NCBI GenBank assembly: GCA_021828195.1 | Contig: JAKASQ010000002.1 | Span: forward strand, 276,245-340,244 | Source: Thermoplasmata archaeon | GTDB taxonomy: Archaea > Thermoplasmatota > Thermoplasmata > Lutacidiplasmatales > UBA184 | DNA length: 64,000 bases | Reading direction: 5' to 3' | Shown here: positions 8,692-18,464 of the stretch, one piece after another | Layout: the number at the start of each line of letters is the position of its first letter | Numbering within the stretch: the first letter of the stretch is position 1 | Program-made: the position numbers and the translations under genes | Notes under the pieces: generated by a model | The model's database searches: none | What the model was told of the DNA's origin: nothing | The model's input: the letters and a program-made list of their open reading frames with translations, nothing else

Positions 8692-10014
8692 GTGCCCGCC
8701 CTGGGAGAGCCTCCGCCCTTTCCCTTGCCAGGGGACCCCACTCCCGGCTCACTTACCTACACCATCCCCGGACTTCGAGATGACCCGACATTGTGCCTGC
8801 GGTGCCGCTCGGCCCAGTTGCTCTGCGGGAAGCCGATCTGCCCCATCCTCGTGCGGTACGGAGGTCTCTCGCGGACCCTGCCGATGGTGCAAGGCTCCGA
8901 ACTCTCGGGTTCCTCGCCCCCGGGAGTCTTCGTGGGCCGGTTCGGTTACCCGAAGGTATCGGTGGGACCCCTCCTCAGTCCCATCCACGGGGACACGATG
9001 CTCTACGACACTCCGGAGGAGTGGGTCGGACGTTCGGTCCAGGAGGTCGTCGGCTTCCGGACGGGTCTCGTCCGGGGTACCCGATCGATGCGGGTCACCG
9101 AAGCGGACCGTCCCGCGGGCCTCCTGGAGGATCTCCAGCTCCTGTCGCTTTCGGCCGAATCGCCCGAGGCCGAGGCAACGTTCCGCCGCCCGCCCCGGGG
9201 GCACCTCGCGCTGTCGGACTCCTCACCTCCCTTCGGCCCCACCGCCGCGATCGAGGGCTTCCGACTCGACGTCCGCCGGGTCGACCAGCATCTGGACCGG
9301 CTCGCATCCGACACTGATGCCAACGCCCGGACCGCCGTCGACGAGCTGTACCACCGGGGCGTGCGGGTCAGCCGGATCCAGCGCGCGTTCAGCGTCGGCA
9401 CCCTGGGCCGCCGGGGCCGCCGCAAGCTCGTGCCGACGCGGTGGAGCATCACCGCGGTGGACGACCTGCTCTCGAAAGGCAATCTTGCCAAGCTCCGCCA
9501 TCTCCCCGAGCTCTCCGAGATCCTCCTCTACCGGTACACGGCCCTCGACAACCGTTGGTTCCTCGCCTTCCTTCCGGGAACCTATCGGTACGAATCCATC
9601 GAAACGTGGTACCCCAACACGCTGTGGAACCCCAACACCGAGCGGGTCGTCATGATCGGGGACCACGAGGGATTCCACGGCCGCACGACGTACGCATCGA
9701 TCGGGGGCTGCTACTACGCGGCCCGGCTCGCGACCTCGGAGGCGTTGCTTCGCCTGCAACGCCAGGCCGGAGTGCTCGTGTTCCGGGAGGTCCACCCCGG
9801 AGAGATTCTGCCGCTCGGCGTCTGGAACGTCCGCGAGCACGTCCGAGATGCGCTCGCCCACCCCCCCGAGCATCTCGCCTCCCTCGGCGAACTCACCGCC
9901 CGGATGGGCGAGACCTTCGCCATCCCGGTCGAGCGCTGGCTGCGGCAGAGCGCGGTGCTCCACGACGTGAGGACCCAGCGTCGGCTCGAGGAGTTCGACC
10001 GCGCGGCATCGTGA
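8692..10014 (+). CDS. nreA: Archaeal Nre-family DNA repair protein
   Basis: N-terminal CxxC-x6-C-x4-C, SSPPGVFVGRFGYPKV, LVPTRWSITAVD, GGCYYAARL, C-terminal PIP-like QRRLEEF. Confidence 0.92.
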   Translation: MPALGEPPPFPLPGDPTPGSLTYTIPGLRDDPTLCLRCRSAQLLCGKPICPILVRYGGLSRTLPMVQGSELSGSSPPGVFVGRFGYPKVSVGPLLSPIHGDTMLYDTPEEWVGRSVQEVVGFRTGLVRGTRSMRVTEADRPAGLLEDLQLLSLSAESPEAEATFRRPPRGHLALSDSSPPFGPTAAIEGFRLDVRRVDQHLDRLASDTDANARTAVDELYHRGVRVSRIQRAFSVGTLGRRGRRKLVPTRWSITAVDDLLSKGNLAKLRHLPELSEILLYRYTALDNRWFLAFLPGTYRYESIETWYPNTLWNPNTERVVMIGDHEGFHGRTTYASIGGCYYAARLATSEALLRLQRQAGVLVFREVHPGEILPLGVWNVREHVRDALAHPPEHLASLGELTARMGETFAIPVERWLRQSAVLHDVRTQRRLEEFDRAAS

Positions 10015-10048
10015 GGCACTGCGCGCAGGGACCCTGCGGAAGGTCGCC

Positions 10049-11245
10049 CTAGAAGACGGTGATCTTCCCGGTCAGGAGCTTCTGGGGGATCGACGGGATC
10101 TCGTCGAACCAGTGCTGGGCGACCGCCTCGGCCTTGCCCTTGACCTGGGCGAGCTTGACCCCATCCGCCGGCAGTATCTGCAGGCTCGCGACCTGGGGCT
10201 CATCGACCGGCTTGCCGATCTGGGAGAGGATCCGCACGTGGACCTCCTTGACGTTGCCGCCGGTCTCCCGGATGATGTCGTTCGCGATCTGGTTGCCCAC
10301 GATGTTGTAGATCTTCCCGACGTGGTTGATCGGGTTCTTCCCGGCGGACGCCTCAAGGCTCATCGGCCGGCACGGCGTGATGAGGCCGTTCGCGCGGTTG
10401 CCGCGCCCGACGGATCCGTCGTCCCCGGCTTCCATCGATAGGCCCGTGCAGGTGAGGTAGAACCGGCCCAACTCGGGATCGTCGGCCGTGTTGACGTCGA
10501 TGATGACTTCGCGACGGGTCAGCTTCGTGGCCTGGTCCATGAGCTTGTCGCGGATCTGTGCGCAGACGTTCGCGTACTCGTCCGCATCATCGACCTCCGA
10601 GTCGACCAGCGCGGCCGCCACCGTGAGCCGGATCTTGTCGCCCGAGCGGAATCCCATCACCTTGACGTCCTCGCCGAGCGCTGGGAGCTTCCGCTTGAGC
10701 TTGAGCGTGAGGAACTTCTCGCTTTCCAGGACGAGCCTCTCGGTGTCGGAGAACGGAGCGAAGCCGACCCCGAAGCTGGTGTCGTTGGAGAGGACCGACT
10801 TCTGGTCGAAGACGCCCCTCAGATCGATCGACCCCTGGCCGATCTTGCAGTCAAACTCGACGTCCTTGTCGACATCGAGGTGCGCGGCGATTGAGCCGAC
10901 GTACTTCTTCCCGGCATCGATCGCGGTCTGGCGGAACGGGAGCTTCTCCCCGTTGACCTCGGTCGTGGCGCGTCCAACCAGGAGGATGTAGATCGGGCTC
11001 GTGACCCGCCCGCCGCCGAACTTCGGTTCCGACCCCCCGCCGACGATCTGGGTCTCGTCGGTGTTGTGGTGGAGGATGCGGTTGTACTCATCGAGGTACA
11101 TCCGGCAGAGCGCTTGACTGACGGACTCGGAGATCCCATCGGCCATCGAGTCCGGGTGGCCGAGACCCTTGCGCTCGACCAGCTCGACCGTCTGGTCCTC
11201 GATGTGCATCGTCCGCAGCGGTTCCACCTGGATGTTCCGGGCCAT
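10049..11245 (-). CDS. mat: Archaeal-type S-adenosylmethionine synthetase
   Basis: VERKGLGHPDS, HHNTDE, GEDVKVMG, GDDGSVGRGNR, GKNPINHVGKIYN. Confidence 0.97.
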   Translation of the reverse strand: MARNIQVEPLRTMHIEDQTVELVERKGLGHPDSMADGISESVSQALCRMYLDEYNRILHHNTDETQIVGGGSEPKFGGGRVTSPIYILLVGRATTEVNGEKLPFRQTAIDAGKKYVGSIAAHLDVDKDVEFDCKIGQGSIDLRGVFDQKSVLSNDTSFGVGFAPFSDTERLVLESEKFLTLKLKRKLPALGEDVKVMGFRSGDKIRLTVAAALVDSEVDDADEYANVCAQIRDKLMDQATKLTRREVIIDVNTADDPELGRFYLTCTGLSMEAGDDGSVGRGNRANGLITPCRPMSLEASAGKNPINHVGKIYNIVGNQIANDIIRETGGNVKEVHVRILSQIGKPVDEPQVASLQILPADGVKLAQVKGKAEAVAQHWFDEIPSIPQKLLTGKITVF

Positions 11246-11310
11246 GGGGGTTCACTCGGGGTCGGCGGAGTCGGGGGTCGGTTTAAGGGTTGCGACGCGG
11301 AGGGTTGACG

Positions 11311-12873
11311 CTAGGCGTTGCGTCCGGCGAAAAGCGCCTTCCTCAGGTGGGAACCGGCACGAACGTACCCCTGGGCGCGGTAGTACGGGCGGGTCCCGAC
11401 GGCGCTGGTGACGTAGATGCCGCCGAACCCGGCTTCCTCGGCCCTTGCTTCCGCGCGCTCGAGCAGCGCGCGGCCGAGCCCCCGATGCTGGTAGTCGGAC
11501 CGGCCGGCACCGGGCGCCCCGACCGCCACCTCCGTTCCCAGGACCTTCAACTCCCGGATCACCGGTTCGGCGAGCGTCCCTTCGAACGTCTCGGAGGGGA
11601 TGCGGAGCCTCAGGAACCCGGCGACGGCGTCGGAGCGTGGGTCCTCCCACGATAGGAACAGTTCCTTGCCGCCGGTCGTGGCGTACTCCGTCTCGGTCAG
11701 GGCGAGGTCGTGGATCGGCGGGGTCGCCCGCCGCCCCACCTCGCGGCAACGGAGGCAGCGGCAAGGGGTCCCGCTCTCCGCGAGCCGAGCGAGCGCGCGC
11801 TCTCTCAAGTTGCTGAGCCGGACGCCGTCCGCGATCAGCCGTGCCGGGATGTCACGCTGGATGCGCTGGATCCGGACCCACGGAGGCAGGGAGCCCTTGA
11901 TGCGCGCCAGCACCTCGATCGCGGTGGGGGTGTCGTAGGGGACGAACCGACCGGCCCTCCAGTCGTCGTACAGCGGGGTCCCGGGAATCACGAGGGTAGG
12001 GTAGATCTTCAGCATGTCCGGCCGCAACGCGGGATCATCAAGCACGCGGAGGGCGTCGCGGTAATCCTCCTCGGGGGTCATTCCCGGAAGCCCGAGCATC
12101 AGATGGTAGCAGATCTTCAGGCCTTGGCCGCGAGCGGCGGTGGTGGCCCGGCGGACGTCCTCCGTTCCATGGGCCCTTCCGACCGCGCGCAGAACCTCCT
12201 CGTGCAGGCATTCGACGCCGATCTCGATGCGCGTGACCCCCGCCCCGAGGAGGAAGGGAAGGACGCGCGCGTCGCACCAGTCCGGTCGAGTTTCGACCGT
12301 GAGCCCGACCATTCGGCGTGCTGCCGATTCGTTCGCGATTTGCGCCTCCACGAGCGAAGTTGCCGACGCACCGTTGAGCCCCTCGTACACCCCGCGGAGC
12401 ACGCCCTCCTGGTACGAGACCGGCCGCGACGGGAACGTCCCCCCCATCACGATCACCTCCACCTTGGAGGTCGGGTGCCCCGTCGCTTCGAGGGAGGCCA
12501 GGCGCTCGGTAGCGATCCGGCGGGAGTCCCAGTGGAACTGGGCTCCCCGCAGAGCGGAGGGCTCCTCCCCCGTGTAACTCTGAGGGCTGTGGTTCTCGAC
12601 CCCGCCGGGGCAGTACGTGCACCGGCCGTGGGGACAGCGCGCCGGCGCGGTCATCACGGCAACCACCGCGACTCCGGAGAGGGTTCGAGAAGGCCTTCGC
12701 CGGATCGCTCCGGCAAAGCGCGCCCGCTCCTCGGGAGGTAGGCTGGCGAGCCAGTCGACGTTCGAAGGAAGGGTGCGGGCTCCGCTGGCCCGCACCTGGT
12801 CGAGCTTGATCCGGTGGATCTCCTCCGGCCCCATGGGGCCGGGAGCCGCCGTCCGTCTCAGCGCTGGAGCCAC
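11311..12873 (-). CDS. elp3: Elp3 tRNA U34 carboxymethyltransferase (radical SAM + GNAT)
   Basis: RTLSGVAVVAVM, CPHGRCTYCPGG, ETRPD, RIQRDIP, YQHRGLG. Confidence 0.95.
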   Translation of the reverse strand: MAPALRRTAAPGPMGPEEIHRIKLDQVRASGARTLPSNVDWLASLPPEERARFAGAIRRRPSRTLSGVAVVAVMTAPARCPHGRCTYCPGGVENHSPQSYTGEEPSALRGAQFHWDSRRIATERLASLEATGHPTSKVEVIVMGGTFPSRPVSYQEGVLRGVYEGLNGASATSLVEAQIANESAARRMVGLTVETRPDWCDARVLPFLLGAGVTRIEIGVECLHEEVLRAVGRAHGTEDVRRATTAARGQGLKICYHLMLGLPGMTPEEDYRDALRVLDDPALRPDMLKIYPTLVIPGTPLYDDWRAGRFVPYDTPTAIEVLARIKGSLPPWVRIQRIQRDIPARLIADGVRLSNLRERALARLAESGTPCRCLRCREVGRRATPPIHDLALTETEYATTGGKELFLSWEDPRSDAVAGFLRLRIPSETFEGTLAEPVIRELKVLGTEVAVGAPGAGRSDYQHRGLGRALLERAEARAEEAGFGGIYVTSAVGTRPYYRAQGYVRAGSHLRKALFAGRNA

Positions 12874-13973
12874 GCCCGGGTCTCTCCCGTCACGACGTAC
12901 GGGGCCCTCTGCAGGTCCGCGACCGTGCGCGATCCCGTCAGGAACATCGCGACCCGGACCTCGTGGATGATCTGTTCGAGCTCGCGCCGCGTCTCCTCGT
13001 AGCTCGAGGCAGCGACCCGCAGCACGCCGCCGGCGATCCCGGCGGCCGTCGCTCCCAACGCGACGGCCCGCGCGACGTCGAGGCCCGAGCGGACTCCGCC
13101 GCTCGCGACCACGGGCAGGCCGACCGGGAGGACCTCTCGAACGGCCGCGGGCGATGGGATCCCCCAGTCCCAGAAGGTCCGTCCCAGCCGAGCCTCGCGC
13201 TCGGCGCCCTGGTCAACGGCCCTCCAGTGCTCGACCGCGGCGAACGAAGTCCCACCGGTCCCACTCACATCCAGCGCCCGCACCCCGTGATCGCGCAGCC
13301 GCTCGGCGACCGAGCGCGAGAGTCCGGCCCCCGTCTCCTTCACGAGCACCGGGAAGGTGGCCGCGAGCTCTCCGATGCGCGCGAGAGCGCCTCGGGCCCG
13401 CCGGTCGCCTTCGGGCTGGACCATCTCCTGGAGGAAGTTCAGATGGATCGCGAGGGCGTCGGCCCCGATCAGCCCCATCGCCGCCCGGGCATCGTCGGCC
13501 GTGATGATCCGATCGCCGGGGGACTGCGCGATGATCTGCGGGGCGCCGATGTTCGCGAACTTGAGTGGAACCGGGTGCCGGGCGACGACCGAGTAGCTGT
13601 CAGGGTACTGGCCCTTGAGGATCGCGGCGCGCTCGCTCCCGACGCCCATCGCGATCCCGACGTCCGCGGCGGCGTGCGCGAGATTCTCGTTGATCTTCGC
13701 CGCGTCCGGGAATCCCCCGGTCATCCCCGTGATCATGAGCGGGGCCCGGAGCTTCTTACCGAGCAGGGTCGTCGACGCATCGACCTCCTCGAAGTCGATC
13801 TCGGGGAGCGCGTTGTGGACGAGCTGGATGTCGTTCCAGTAGCGGTAGCGCCCTTCGACCTCCCGGCCGAGGACGACCTTGACGTGCTCGGCCTTGCGGT
13901 GGCTCAAGTCCAGCCCATCCACGCCGGGGTCCTTAGCGTCCCGCGGCTCGCGCCCAGCTCCCGTAGCCGACAT
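12858..13973 (-). CDS. fni: Type 2 isopentenyl-diphosphate delta-isomerase
   Basis: RKAEH, MTGG, GVGSER, HLNFLQEMVQPEGD, KETGAG, GGTSFAAVE, WGIPS. Confidence 0.95.
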   Translation of the reverse strand: MSATGAGREPRDAKDPGVDGLDLSHRKAEHVKVVLGREVEGRYRYWNDIQLVHNALPEIDFEEVDASTTLLGKKLRAPLMITGMTGGFPDAAKINENLAHAAADVGIAMGVGSERAAILKGQYPDSYSVVARHPVPLKFANIGAPQIIAQSPGDRIITADDARAAMGLIGADALAIHLNFLQEMVQPEGDRRARGALARIGELAATFPVLVKETGAGLSRSVAERLRDHGVRALDVSGTGGTSFAAVEHWRAVDQGAEREARLGRTFWDWGIPSPAAVREVLPVGLPVVASGGVRSGLDVARAVALGATAAGIAGGVLRVAASSYEETRRELEQIIHEVRVAMFLTGSRTVADLQRAPYVVTGETRAWLQR

Positions 13974-14760
13974 TCGTGTGGATCGCTCCCGAAAGCGCCC
14001 CATCTCGGAGTCCGCTAATAATCCCTGCGTCGGATCCGGCCTCGGCGATTTGGAGCGCAACGCTCGACTTGGCCCGGATCCCCCCGGTGACGTCCGGAGC
14101 TCCCGAGGGAGGAGCGAGGGTCGCGATCGACTCCGAGGTGATGGCCGGGAGGACCGTCCGTCGTCCCCCATGCATCGGGCTGAGGATCCCCTCGACGTCG
14201 CTGACGAAGACCACCCGTTCCGGGTGGATCGCTCGCGCGAGCTCGAGGGCGATCGTGTCGGCCGACAAGATGGAGAACCCCCACGCCGAATCGGGTACGA
14301 CGTCGCCGAACGAGACGGGCATGTGGCCCCGGGCGAGGGTGGCCGCGAACGGAGCGAGGTCCACCTGCTCCACACGACCCTCGTGCTGCAGCACGTGGTG
14401 GGCGATCGGGGTCGACCACGGGGACGCACCCGCCTCCACAAGCGCTCGCAGGACGGCGAGGTGGAGGCGTCGTACCTCGGCGCTCACGATGGCGGCTCCG
14501 CGCGCCCGCTCCCGGGGCGCGACACCGGGGGCCGGCGACCGGTTCAACCCGAACCGCGCTGCGGTCCGGTGGCCGAACCCTCCGGCTCCGTGCAAGACGA
14601 TCAGGCGCCGGTCGGGGATCGACGCGAGCTCGACGGCGAGCCGGGCCAGCACTTTCGCCCGCAGCTTCTCGATCTCGCGCTTGCGCGTGATGACGCTCCC
14701 GCCCAGCTTCACGACGACGATCGGCGGCGGCGCTGGGGTCTCGGGAGGCGGGACGGCCAT
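13933..14760 (-). CDS. ipk: Isopentenyl phosphate kinase
   Basis: KLGGSVITRK, HGAGGFGH, FGDVV, DVTGGI; adjacent to fni. Confidence 0.92.
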   Translation of the reverse strand: MAVPPPETPAPPPIVVVKLGGSVITRKREIEKLRAKVLARLAVELASIPDRRLIVLHGAGGFGHRTAARFGLNRSPAPGVAPRERARGAAIVSAEVRRLHLAVLRALVEAGASPWSTPIAHHVLQHEGRVEQVDLAPFAATLARGHMPVSFGDVVPDSAWGFSILSADTIALELARAIHPERVVFVSDVEGILSPMHGGRRTVLPAITSESIATLAPPSGAPDVTGGIRAKSSVALQIAEAGSDAGIISGLRDGALSGAIHTNVGYGSWARAAGR

Positions 14761-14774
14761 CGCTCGACCCCCCC

Positions 14775-15020
14775 TCAGGCGCGGTCGAGCCCCGTCCGAC
14801 GATTGAACAGCAGGAACGCTCCCGCGAGCACGAAGGCTACTCCGGAGAACGCCGGCCAGTCAAAGAAGATGAGCCAGTAGATGAGCAGAAAGATCCCGAG
14901 GCCGCACAGCACTGCCGCTAGTACCACCCACGGGACGGAGACGTGCGAAATCTCCGCGGTGGAGAGCTCGCTCCCCTCTCCTAGATGTTCGTGCCCGTTG
15001 CCCGACATCGAGACCGTCAC
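14775..15020 (-). CDS. Small two-TM membrane protein
   Basis: Two hydrophobic helices; GTG start after G-rich SD-like tract; same strand as ipk-fni. Confidence 0.7.
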   Translation of the reverse strand: MTVSMSGNGHEHLGEGSELSTAEISHVSVPWVVLAAVLCGLGIFLLIYWLIFFDWPAFSGVAFVLAGAFLLFNRRTGLDRA

Positions 15021-15257
15021 GATGTCCCCCCCTAAATCGGTTCGGTGCGAAGCGCGAGGACCCGGCCGTGGAAGAACCATCTCGACCCGGTCCTCGCCCT
15101 GCGCGTTCGAGGCGGCCGGACCGAGGAGGGCGGGCCGTGCGAGGGGCCCGGGCCGCGGGATCGGCCAAAACGACGAGAAGCTCCCCGGCGGAGGGAAAAG
15201 GTAGATATGGCTCGCTCCCCTCCGACGCCCTGCCCGAGGCCCGGGTAGGCGTGAACG

Positions 15258-16700
15258 GTGCCATCACTCACACCCGACAGTCGGCCGGCGGAAACGCCGA
15301 GCCGACCCTCCAGTAGCCATATCGCCAACGAGGCGGTCTCGCAGGTCCGGGACCCGCCTCGAGGTGGGCCCGCTGCGCCGGCCCCCACGGCCGAGAGGGA
15401 GGTCCCCGCGCCGACCCCACCATTGCCGAGCGATGCGGCGGCCGTCTTCGATTCGCTGCTCGAGGTCAAAGGCGAGCTCTTCAAGGGCCGGCGCGAGGTC
15501 CTGCGGGACTCCTACATCCCGAGCCGGCTACCGCACCGCGAGCACCAGATCCACCAGGTCGCCGAGGTGCTCGCCCCGGCGTTGCGCGGAGACCTCCCGT
15601 CCAACCTGTTGATCTACGGCAAGATCGGTACGGGCAAGACGGCCGTCGTGGCCCAGGTCCGTCGGGATATCGAGCGGCGCGACGAGAACTCCGATCACAT
15701 CAAGTTCATCTACATCAACTGCGGGAACATCGACACTCCTTACAGCCTGCTGCAGATGGCCGGCAACACCTTCGCTGCCAAGGAGTCCGATCGGATCCCG
15801 ACCGGCTGGTCCCTCGACCGGGTGCAGATGGGGATGCGCCGCCTCATGGATACCAAGGCGCGCACGGTGATTCTCGTTCTGGACGAGATCGACCGACTCG
15901 TCGTCCGGAGCGGGGACGGCGTCCTCTACACGTTGAGCCAGATCAACACGGAGCTCGCGAACGCGCGTCTCGTGATCGTGGGGATCTCCAACGATCTCAA
16001 GTTCACCAACAACCTCGACGCCCGCGTCCGTAGCCGCCTCAACGAGGAGAAGATCCTCTTCCCACCGTACGACGCCCTCCAGCTCCAGGACATCCTGCGC
16101 GAACGTGCCAAGGAGGCGTTCCGTGACGGGGTCGTCGATCCGGGGGTCATCGAGCGGTGCGCGGCGTACGCGGCCCTCGAGCACGGGGACGCTCGCCGGG
16201 CGCTCGCGCTCCTGCGCCTCGGCGCCGAGATGGCCGAGCGCGATCGCGCGAAGCGGATCACACCGGACCATATCGTCAAAGCGAAGAACCGACTCGAGCA
16301 GGACGTCATCATCGATTGCTGCCGAACGCTCCCGACGCACTGCAAGATCCTCCTCTATGCGATCCTGCAGGCCTACGAGCGGCGGAGGACGGGGGTCCTC
16401 ACCGGGGACGTCTACGAGGGGTATGCCAAGCTCGCTCAGAAGCTCGGCCTGCAGCCGTTGCACGCCCGTAGCGTATCGAACCATCTCTCGGACCTCGAAG
16501 CGCTGGGGCTGATCCGCGCCACGATTGTCTCGCGGGGCCGCGGCGGACGAACCCGGGAGATCATCGTCGATGTGCCGATCGCCGAGACCCTCCCCGCCCT
16601 CGAAGAGGACCCGCTGCTCGCCCCGCTCGGCCGACCCCGCAACCGCGGGCAGCTGCTGCTGACGAACTTCGACAACCCGGCGCGGACGACCCCTTACTGA
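15258..16700 (+). CDS. cdc6: Orc1/Cdc6 replication initiator
   Basis: LPHRE, Walker A GKIGTGKT, Walker B VLDEID, GDARRAL, winged helix SRGRGGRT. Confidence 0.96.
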   Translation: MPSLTPDSRPAETPSRPSSSHIANEAVSQVRDPPRGGPAAPAPTAEREVPAPTPPLPSDAAAVFDSLLEVKGELFKGRREVLRDSYIPSRLPHREHQIHQVAEVLAPALRGDLPSNLLIYGKIGTGKTAVVAQVRRDIERRDENSDHIKFIYINCGNIDTPYSLLQMAGNTFAAKESDRIPTGWSLDRVQMGMRRLMDTKARTVILVLDEIDRLVVRSGDGVLYTLSQINTELANARLVIVGISNDLKFTNNLDARVRSRLNEEKILFPPYDALQLQDILRERAKEAFRDGVVDPGVIERCAAYAALEHGDARRALALLRLGAEMAERDRAKRITPDHIVKAKNRLEQDVIIDCCRTLPTHCKILLYAILQAYERRRTGVLTGDVYEGYAKLAQKLGLQPLHARSVSNHLSDLEALGLIRATIVSRGRGGRTREIIVDVPIAETLPALEEDPLLAPLGRPRNRGQLLLTNFDNPARTTPY

Positions 16701-16906
16701 GTCGACTCGATCGCCGTCCGTTCGGCCTCGCTTGCGAGTTCGCCCGCGTTCGCGCGACGCCGCGCGCGCTCCCGCCGCATCTCGGAGAGGTCCCGGTCGA
16801 GATCTCGCATCTCGCGCGCGTAGCGGCGCAGGCGCACGCGCGAGATCGCCTCGAGCGTGGCGATCTCCCGGTCGAGGGTGTCGTCCGAGGCCCGGTAGCG
16901 GCTCAT
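16694..16906 (-). CDS. Small coiled-coil hypothetical protein
   Basis: ATG overlaps the stop of the aldehyde dehydrogenase gene; charged helical sequence. Confidence 0.65.
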   Translation of the reverse strand: MSRYRASDDTLDREIATLEAISRVRLRRYAREMRDLDRDLSEMRRERARRRANAGELASEAERTAIESTQ

Positions 16907-18399
16907 GGGGACGGGCCGACGTCGATCTGGGCCTTCTGGAGCTTGGAGGAGAAGTCGACGAAGACCGTCTTGATTTCGGTGAACTCCTCGATCGCGGCGC
17001 TGCCGGCTTCGCGTCCGCCGTTGCCCGTGTTCTTCACTCCTCCGAACGGGAGCTGGACCTCGGCGCCGATCGTCGGGGCATTGATGTAGGTAATCCCGGC
17101 CTCGAGCTCCTGCATCGCTCGGAAGGCGCGGTTCACGTCCCGCGTGTAGATCGACGAGGACAGCCCGTAGCTGACATCGTTCGCCACGCGCACCGCCTCC
17201 TCATAGTCGCGCACCCGCAGGACCGACAGGACGGGCCCGAAGATCTCCTCCCGGGAGATCCGGGTCCCATGGGCCGTCTCGAAGATCGTGGGCTCGATGA
17301 AGAACCCGCGATCGTACTCGCCGCCGTGGAGCTTCCGACCCCCGATCCGAAGCTTCGCCTCCTTCTTGCCGATCTCGATGAACTCGAGGATCTTGCGTTC
17401 CTGGTCCTCGGAGGCGACCGGGCCCATCTCGACCTTCGCATCGAGCGGATTGCCGACGGGGAAGTGCGTCAGTCGTTCGAGCAGCATGCCGAGGAACGCG
17501 TCGTAGATCTTCTCGTGCAGGATGAGCCGGCTCGTGGCGGTGCAGCGCTGGCCGGAGGTGCCGAACGCGCCGAAGAGGACGCCGTCGAGCGCGAGGGAGA
17601 GGTCCGCGTCCTCCATCAGGATGACGGGGTTCTTTCCCCCGAGCTCGAGGTGGACCATCTTCAGGCCCTGCGCGCCCTTGACATAGACATCGCGACCGGC
17701 GTCGACCCCACCCGTGAAGGAGATCGTGCGGATCCGAGGCTCGGCCACGAGGGCGCTACCGACGACCCCGCCGGATCCGGTGACGAGATTGAGGACTCCC
17801 GGGGGGAGCCCCGCCTCCTCGTAGGCCTTCACGACCTCCGCCGCGCAACCGGCGGTGTTCGAGGCCGGCTTGAAGACGATCGTGTTGCCCGAGATCAGAG
17901 CCGCCGCGATCTTCCAGTTCGGGATCGCAGTCGGAAAGTTCCACGGCGTGATGCATGCGACGATCCCCTTCGGCTGGCGGATCGTCATGCAGAACTTCGA
18001 GCGCAGCTCGGACGGAACGGTCTCGCCGGCCAGCCGACGGCCCTCGCCCGCCATGTACTCCACGAAATCGATCGACTCTTGCACGTCGCCTCGGCCCTCG
18101 GCGATGACCTTCCCCATCTCCCGGGTCACGATCCGACCGAGCTCCTCCTTGCGTCGCTTGAGGACCTCGGCGACCCGGAGCAGGAGGTTCCCCCGGTGCG
18201 GAGCCGGAGTGTCGCGCCACTTCGGGAACGCCGCGTGCGCGGCGTCGATCGCCGCCGCGACGTCCTGCGTGGTTCCCGAGATGAACGAGCCGACCGGCTC
18301 TCGGGTGGCTGGGTTGATCGTCTGGAATCGGGTCCGTCCCGCCGGCGAAACCCACTTCCCGCCGATGAAGAGTCCGTATTCCGGAGCCCGCGCCGCCAT
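16903..18399 (-). CDS. NAD(P)-dependent aldehyde dehydrogenase
   Basis: [31 protein letters not shown]. Confidence 0.96.
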   Translation of the reverse strand: MAARAPEYGLFIGGKWVSPAGRTRFQTINPATREPVGSFISGTTQDVAAAIDAAHAAFPKWRDTPAPHRGNLLLRVAEVLKRRKEELGRIVTREMGKVIAEGRGDVQESIDFVEYMAGEGRRLAGETVPSELRSKFCMTIRQPKGIVACITPWNFPTAIPNWKIAAALISGNTIVFKPASNTAGCAAEVVKAYEEAGLPPGVLNLVTGSGGVVGSALVAEPRIRTISFTGGVDAGRDVYVKGAQGLKMVHLELGGKNPVILMEDADLSLALDGVLFGAFGTSGQRCTATSRLILHEKIYDAFLGMLLERLTHFPVGNPLDAKVEMGPVASEDQERKILEFIEIGKKEAKLRIGGRKLHGGEYDRGFFIEPTIFETAHGTRISREEIFGPVLSVLRVRDYEEAVRVANDVSYGLSSSIYTRDVNRAFRAMQELEAGITYINAPTIGAEVQLPFGGVKNTGNGGREAGSAAIEEFTEIKTVFVDFSSKLQKAQIDVGPSP

Positions 18400-18464
18400 G
18401 TTTTCGTCCCTCGATCTGCCGACACGACCCGGGTCTTTAAGGGTACCCGGAGGACGCCGGAACG

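Noticed and set aside
15021..15257. Replication origin next to cdc6
   Set aside because: No recognisable ORB/mini-ORB repeats or AT-rich unwinding element; region is short and GC-rich
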